Source: Naegleria gruberi (Eukaryota). From it: 64,000 nt of DNA. Positions 58,405 to 64,000 of the stretch are shown here, one piece after another. Under the pieces are notes generated by a model. It had not been told where the DNA came from. It worked only from the letters and a program-made list of their open reading frames with translations, and did not search any database. The stretch lies in assembly GCA_000004985.1 (NCBI GenBank), contig GG738860.1, one strand, 5' to 3'. The translations under genes and the position numbers were made by a program. The stretch's first letter is position 1; each line of letters starts with the position of its first letter.

Positions 58405-59409
58405 ATGGAAGAACGAGTGATCGTGGAATTGTGTGATTTGCACTTTACATCATCAAAAGGTGTTGAATTTATGAATAATTCATCATCGGATCACAATTAT
58501 TTTTCAATGTTGAAAGGCAAATTGAGGGAACCTACGGAAATTCCCTTCTCGATGACATTTCATGCCATACATGAAATTCCAAAGATTGATATCGATGCCA
58601 GTACAAGCTATATGAGTATTTATGATGTTGAGATTGTAAATGATAGAGATTTGATGATATTTGGAACTAATTCTTACCTTCACTTTTACCATTTGACTAC
58701 AAGGTTAAAATTGAAATCAGTTCAGTTGACAGATTATGTTTCCGATGTTCATGAGCTTGTAGTAGATGGATGCTATCTCTATTTAACATCTGGATCTCGG
58801 TTATTTAAATATAATTTGGATTCATTATTGAATATTGATGACAATAAGGATACTAAAGAAGCATTGATTTGGGAAAGTCTCCCAAATGTTCTTTCAAATT
58901 GTTGGGGATTAGCTCTTTTGGAAATGGGTTTGAAAAAGTATGCTTTTGTAATGGATTATGGTGAAGGAATACTTGTGTTTGATACTGCAACTGGAAATCG
59001 AGTTGAAATGAAAATGCCAAGAATCACAACTGGATATGGAATTGCCTTCACAGATACGAAAGAAATGCTTATATCGACCTCAAATAATGCAGAGGGACCT
59101 ATTCAATTATTCACATACAATCCCTCTAATATGGAGTGGGAAAAAACTAGAGAGGTAAATAGAGATGCATCAATGAATTTCAATACTCCATATGGTATTT
59201 GTTATGAAAAACGAACTCAATTAATTTATCTAATGGATACATTTGCAAAGGCAGTTTTTGTGTTTAGAAAACAGGATATGGTTCTAGTACAAAAGTGGGA
59301 GCTGAATCAGTATTTATCTGCCCAAACATTGTATGGCATATCATTGAATCCAAAGAAAGGAGAATTATTTTTACCTGTTTGTGACCATTCAGTCATAATT
59401 ATGAAGTGA
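58405..59409 (+). CDS. Hypothetical protein, 334 aa, possibly a beta-propeller-like fold.
   Basis: Intact ORF with a real ATG. No confident domain. Confidence 0.45.
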   Translation: MEERVIVELCDLHFTSSKGVEFMNNSSSDHNYFSMLKGKLREPTEIPFSMTFHAIHEIPKIDIDASTSYMSIYDVEIVNDRDLMIFGTNSYLHFYHLTTRLKLKSVQLTDYVSDVHELVVDGCYLYLTSGSRLFKYNLDSLLNIDDNKDTKEALIWESLPNVLSNCWGLALLEMGLKKYAFVMDYGEGILVFDTATGNRVEMKMPRITTGYGIAFTDTKEMLISTSNNAEGPIQLFTYNPSNMEWEKTREVNRDASMNFNTPYGICYEKRTQLIYLMDTFAKAVFVFRKQDMVLVQKWELNQYLSAQTLYGISLNPKKGELFLPVCDHSVIIMK

Positions 59410-59462
59410 TTAGTTTAATAATCTCGTTTATAAAAGTGAATGCAGTTTCAATTTTAAATATA

Positions 59463-60848
59463 TTACATAAATGTTACTTTTTCAAAGTAAACATTGACAA
59501 CCTTGTACTTTGGAGTCAGTTTCTTTTCTCTTTCGAATTGTCTCAAAATAACAAGAGGAGAAAATACTCGTTCTTGTTCTCTTCTTTCCTTTTCAGCTGC
59601 AATAACAGCAACTGATTCCATTCCTTTGTATTCTTCCGCAAGTTGACCAAGAATATTAACATGCTTTCCACCAAATGAAGAGAATGCACTTTCTCCATCA
59701 TCTGAATCTCCATCAGATTCTTCCTCTTCCTCCTTTTTCTTATGGTCATAATAGACCTTTTTCAACTTTTCAGTCAAGGTATTGAAACGATTTCTTCCAC
59801 CATTGACAGCATTTCCTATTGAAGTAGCTGCCATTGCTCCACCTCCGAGACTATTACTTGCTGCGTGAACTGATTGTTTTCTTGAACTAGTTGGTACATC
59901 ATCCTTCTTCTTTTCCTCTTCCCAATCCTGAAGGAAACTCAAAACATCCATCTCATCGTCCTTCTTCTTTTTCTTTTGTGCTTCTGATACAGCCCTTCCT
60001 CTAGTTGGAGTGGTAGCAGTTGCTCCACTAGTCGATGTTGATGTAAATGTATTAATACTTGCTTTTGGAACGCTACCTGATTCTGTAGAGTTCATTGTGG
60101 TTGGTGAAATTGATTTTGGAGAGGATGACATTGTATTCAATTGAGAAAGTTCCTTTTCAAATCCTTGAATACTATCCTTTAATTCCTTCAAATCATGATC
60201 TTCACTAATATCTGTTCCAACCTCTGACAAATCGTCCGTGTCAGAAAAATCACCAGTTCCAGATAATCCAGTTTCTGATATTTTAGAAGTAGAAGATGAT
60301 GTTTTTGATGGAAAAAGTAAATGTAGAGGTGTTTTCACAAGTGCAGATCCCAAACTTGAGTTTGAACTTTCTCTCGGTTTCATATTTAAAAGTGATGAAT
60401 TTTTATCATTTTCATGTTGTTCATTGTTCAATTGATGAGAAATATTAGAGGAAGATGAAGATAATTTCTTTGGAGTGAGCATACTTTTCAATGATGAAAG
60501 ACTTTTCTTTCTTTCTTTTAGGGTATTATTCGAAGAAGAGGAAGAATTAGACGAAATGTTGTTGGACGAATTAGTAGACGAAATGTTAGCAGCATTGGCT
60601 AAATTATTATTTAATTCAGTTAATAGTGCAGAACTACTGGTAATGGTGAGGGTTCCTCGCTTTGTTGTTGTTGTTGTTGTATTTGATTCTTGTGATGAGC
60701 TGTCAGTGTTGGCATTTGACATTGATGAAACGGATTGGGATCTACGATAGGCATCATTTTCGTTTGGTGATGGTGTTGTAGGTGATGTTGGTTTTTCTGG
60801 AATTGTTATTGGTTGAGAAGACGATGACAGCGACTTTCGTTTAAACAT
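59463..60848 (-). CDS. Ser/Thr-rich low-complexity hypothetical protein, 461 aa.
   Basis: Long ORF with a real ATG. S-rich with acidic patches. Confidence 0.45.
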   Translation of the reverse strand: MFKRKSLSSSSQPITIPEKPTSPTTPSPNENDAYRRSQSVSSMSNANTDSSSQESNTTTTTTKRGTLTITSSSALLTELNNNLANAANISSTNSSNNISSNSSSSSNNTLKERKKSLSSLKSMLTPKKLSSSSSNISHQLNNEQHENDKNSSLLNMKPRESSNSSLGSALVKTPLHLLFPSKTSSSTSKISETGLSGTGDFSDTDDLSEVGTDISEDHDLKELKDSIQGFEKELSQLNTMSSSPKSISPTTMNSTESGSVPKASINTFTSTSTSGATATTPTRGRAVSEAQKKKKKDDEMDVLSFLQDWEEEKKKDDVPTSSRKQSVHAASNSLGGGAMAATSIGNAVNGGRNRFNTLTEKLKKVYYDHKKKEEEEESDGDSDDGESAFSSFGGKHVNILGQLAEEYKGMESVAVIAAEKERREQERVFSPLVILRQFEREKKLTPKYKVVNVYFEKVTFM

Positions 60849-60982
60849 TTTTTTTATGAAATTTGACAGCTAATGGTTTTGACATTTTATGGATGCATGA
60901 ACTTGGTCATATTTACCAACATACCTTTCTTTCCAATAACAATTTTATTAGAAAATTGAACTAATGTTTTTTAAAATTTTGT

Positions 60983-61032
60983 NNNNNNNNNNNNNNNNNN
61001 NNNNNNNNNNNNNNNNNNNNNNNNNNNNNNNN
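60983..61032. other. Assembly gap (50 N).
   Basis: Run of N. Confidence 0.95.
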
Positions 61033-61347
61033 GGTAATTTTTCCAACGATTCGAATCGGAATCTATTGGAATTCCGTTTTGAATCCAATCGTGAATCGTG
61101 TTGGAAACACCGAATTCTTGCCATCGGCTGTGAAAACGAGAGAGACGACCACCAAGAGGAATGTTGGCATCATTTATTGTTGTTGTTTGAGTTGGAGGAA
61201 TTTGAAGCGGTTCCACTTGCTTGGTGAGCATTGTTGAATCTTCTGAAGCCTTGATTGTTGGATTGGTAACTATTACCTTGTCCTTGGTTGAAGTTGTTGT
61301 TGTTGTAGTTGTTGTAACCAGCTTGTCTATTATCGTGTCTAGTGGGG
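61033..61347 (-). mobile_element. Second copy (315-bp fragment) of the retroelement gag/pol overlap region. It differs at one position from 42788-43102.
   Basis: Direct sequence comparison: ggtaatttttccaacgattcgaatcggaatc…ctagtgggg is shared, with a single G/A difference near the end. It lies between two N runs. Confidence 0.75.
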
Positions 61348-64000
61348 NNNNNNNNNNNNNNNNNNNNNNNNNNNNNNNNNNNNNNNNNNNNNNNNNNNNN
61401 NNNNNNNNNNNNNNNNNNNNNNNNNNNNNNNNNNNNNNNNNNNNNNNNNNNNNNNNNNNNNNNNNNNNNNNNNNNNNNNNNNNNNNNNNNNNNNNNNNNN
61501 NNNNNNNNNNNNNNNNNNNNNNNNNNNNNNNNNNNNNNNNNNNNNNNNNNNNNNNNNNNNNNNNNNNNNNNNNNNNNNNNNNNNNNNNNNNNNNNNNNNN
61601 NNNNNNNNNNNNNNNNNNNNNNNNNNNNNNNNNNNNNNNNNNNNNNNNNNNNNNNNNNNNNNNNNNNNNNNNNNNNNNNNNNNNNNNNNNNNNNNNNNNN
61701 NNNNNNNNNNNNNNNNNNNNNNNNNNNNNNNNNNNNNNNNNNNNNNNNNNNNNNNNNNNNNNNNNNNNNNNNNNNNNNNNNNNNNNNNNNNNNNNNNNNN
61801 NNNNNNNNNNNNNNNNNNNNNNNNNNNNNNNNNNNNNNNNNNNNNNNNNNNNNNNNNNNNNNNNNNNNNNNNNNNNNNNNNNNNNNNNNNNNNNNNNNNN
61901 NNNNNNNNNNNNNNNNNNNNNNNNNNNNNNNNNNNNNNNNNNNNNNNNNNNNNNNNNNNNNNNNNNNNNNNNNNNNNNNNNNNNNNNNNNNNNNNNNNNN
62001 NNNNNNNNNNNNNNNNNNNNNNNNNNNNNNNNNNNNNNNNNNNNNNNNNNNNNNNNNNNNNNNNNNNNNNNNNNNNNNNNNNNNNNNNNNNNNNNNNNNN
62101 NNNNNNNNNNNNNNNNNNNNNNNNNNNNNNNNNNNNNNNNNNNNNNNNNNNNNNNNNNNNNNNNNNNNNNNNNNNNNNNNNNNNNNNNNNNNNNNNNNNN
62201 NNNNNNNNNNNNNNNNNNNNNNNNNNNNNNNNNNNNNNNNNNNNNNNNNNNNNNNNNNNNNNNNNNNNNNNNNNNNNNNNNNNNNNNNNNNNNNNNNNNN
62301 NNNNNNNNNNNNNNNNNNNNNNNNNNNNNNNNNNNNNNNNNNNNNNNNNNNNNNNNNNNNNNNNNNNNNNNNNNNNNNNNNNNNNNNNNNNNNNNNNNNN
62401 NNNNNNNNNNNNNNNNNNNNNNNNNNNNNNNNNNNNNNNNNNNNNNNNNNNNNNNNNNNNNNNNNNNNNNNNNNNNNNNNNNNNNNNNNNNNNNNNNNNN
62501 NNNNNNNNNNNNNNNNNNNNNNNNNNNNNNNNNNNNNNNNNNNNNNNNNNNNNNNNNNNNNNNNNNNNNNNNNNNNNNNNNNNNNNNNNNNNNNNNNNNN
62601 NNNNNNNNNNNNNNNNNNNNNNNNNNNNNNNNNNNNNNNNNNNNNNNNNNNNNNNNNNNNNNNNNNNNNNNNNNNNNNNNNNNNNNNNNNNNNNNNNNNN
62701 NNNNNNNNNNNNNNNNNNNNNNNNNNNNNNNNNNNNNNNNNNNNNNNNNNNNNNNNNNNNNNNNNNNNNNNNNNNNNNNNNNNNNNNNNNNNNNNNNNNN
62801 NNNNNNNNNNNNNNNNNNNNNNNNNNNNNNNNNNNNNNNNNNNNNNNNNNNNNNNNNNNNNNNNNNNNNNNNNNNNNNNNNNNNNNNNNNNNNNNNNNNN
62901 NNNNNNNNNNNNNNNNNNNNNNNNNNNNNNNNNNNNNNNNNNNNNNNNNNNNNNNNNNNNNNNNNNNNNNNNNNNNNNNNNNNNNNNNNNNNNNNNNNNN
63001 NNNNNNNNNNNNNNNNNNNNNNNNNNNNNNNNNNNNNNNNNNNNNNNNNNNNNNNNNNNNNNNNNNNNNNNNNNNNNNNNNNNNNNNNNNNNNNNNNNNN
63101 NNNNNNNNNNNNNNNNNNNNNNNNNNNNNNNNNNNNNNNNNNNNNNNNNNNNNNNNNNNNNNNNNNNNNNNNNNNNNNNNNNNNNNNNNNNNNNNNNNNN
63201 NNNNNNNNNNNNNNNNNNNNNNNNNNNNNNNNNNNNNNNNNNNNNNNNNNNNNNNNNNNNNNNNNNNNNNNNNNNNNNNNNNNNNNNNNNNNNNNNNNNN
63301 NNNNNNNNNNNNNNNNNNNNNNNNNNNNNNNNNNNNNNNNNNNNNNNNNNNNNNNNNNNNNNNNNNNNNNNNNNNNNNNNNNNNNNNNNNNNNNNNNNNN
63401 NNNNNNNNNNNNNNNNNNNNNNNNNNNNNNNNNNNNNNNNNNNNNNNNNNNNNNNNNNNNNNNNNNNNNNNNNNNNNNNNNNNNNNNNNNNNNNNNNNNN
63501 NNNNNNNNNNNNNNNNNNNNNNNNNNNNNNNNNNNNNNNNNNNNNNNNNNNNNNNNNNNNNNNNNNNNNNNNNNNNNNNNNNNNNNNNNNNNNNNNNNNN
63601 NNNNNNNNNNNNNNNNNNNNNNNNNNNNNNNNNNNNNNNNNNNNNNNNNNNNNNNNNNNNNNNNNNNNNNNNNNNNNNNNNNNNNNNNNNNNNNNNNNNN
63701 NNNNNNNNNNNNNNNNNNNNNNNNNNNNNNNNNNNNNNNNNNNNNNNNNNNNNNNNNNNNNNNNNNNNNNNNNNNNNNNNNNNNNNNNNNNNNNNNNNNN
63801 NNNNNNNNNNNNNNNNNNNNNNNNNNNNNNNNNNNNNNNNNNNNNNNNNNNNNNNNNNNNNNNNNNNNNNNNNNNNNNNNNNNNNNNNNNNNNNNNNNNN
63901 NNNNNNNNNNNNNNNNNNNNNNNNNNNNNNNNNNNNNNNNNNNNNNNNNNNNNNNNNNNNNNNNNNNNNNNNNNNNNNNNNNNNNNNNNNNNNNNNNNNN
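61348..64000. other. Terminal assembly gap (2653 N).
   Basis: Run of N to the end of the window. Confidence 0.95.

Noticed and set aside
1-64000. Prokaryotic-style defence or operon system (restriction-modification, toxin-antitoxin, CRISPR-Cas).
   Set aside because: The window is clearly eukaryotic: spliceosomal introns, nuclear tRNA genes, and actin/Arp, OSBP and F-box genes. No such system can be supported.

Overview
This is an AT-rich eukaryotic nuclear region, not prokaryotic. Protein genes are interrupted by very short spliceosomal introns, mostly 42-53 nt, with GTAAGT/GTATGT/GTACGT donors and (T)nAG acceptors. Coding regions carry Q/N/S/T-rich low-complexity tracts and two tRNA genes are present, which together point to a dictyostelid-like amoebozoan genome (organism inferred only). 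Four runs of N are assembly gaps (26535-26630, 42551-42600, 60983-61032, 61348-64000). The ORF track uses bacterial start codons, so many 'M' starts are really TTG/GTG. Where I could, I re-derived true ATG starts and exon junctions by hand; hand-derived coordinates may be off by a few nt. Recognisable genes: neutral ceramidase (6 exons), myo-inositol-1-phosphate synthase (3 exons), an ADS-type fatty-acid desaturase, a secreted lipase-like hydrolase (3 exons), an FCP1/NIF-type phosphatase, an actin-related protein (2 exons), an APH/EcKL-type kinase-like protein (2 exons), a GNAT acetyltransferase (2 exons), a 1366-aa NHL-propeller/EGF surface protein, a multi-pass membrane protein, divergent F-box/MORN and F-box/LRR genes, a Sel1-repeat protein, a glutathione S-transferase, mitochondrial-type aconitase (2 exons), a short oxysterol-binding protein (4 exons), a Upf1/Sen1-like SF1 helicase (2 exons) and several lineage-specific hypothetical proteins. 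Two identical tRNA-Glu(UUC) genes lie on opposite strands about 15 kb apart. The accessory content is a gap-flanked, protease-less (DIRS/Ngaro-like) retroelement fragment at about 42.6-44.0 kb, with a 99.7%-identical 315-bp second copy at 61033-61347. The most novel-looking feature is a head-to-tail tandem array of three paralogous genes (19998-23574, minus strand). They encode an apparently undescribed protein family with a C-x2-C-x6-7-C-x-H motif, a conserved AEEN box and a conserved C-terminal domain. Other points worth a look are a 25-bp perfect inverted repeat in a divergent promoter region, a 1080-bp intragenic duplication in the NHL/EGF gene with tracts of 100% nucleotide identity, SHOCT-like C-terminal motifs in a repeat-module protein, and an unlisted small two-exon ORF. 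No CRISPR, rRNA or prokaryotic defence system is present.
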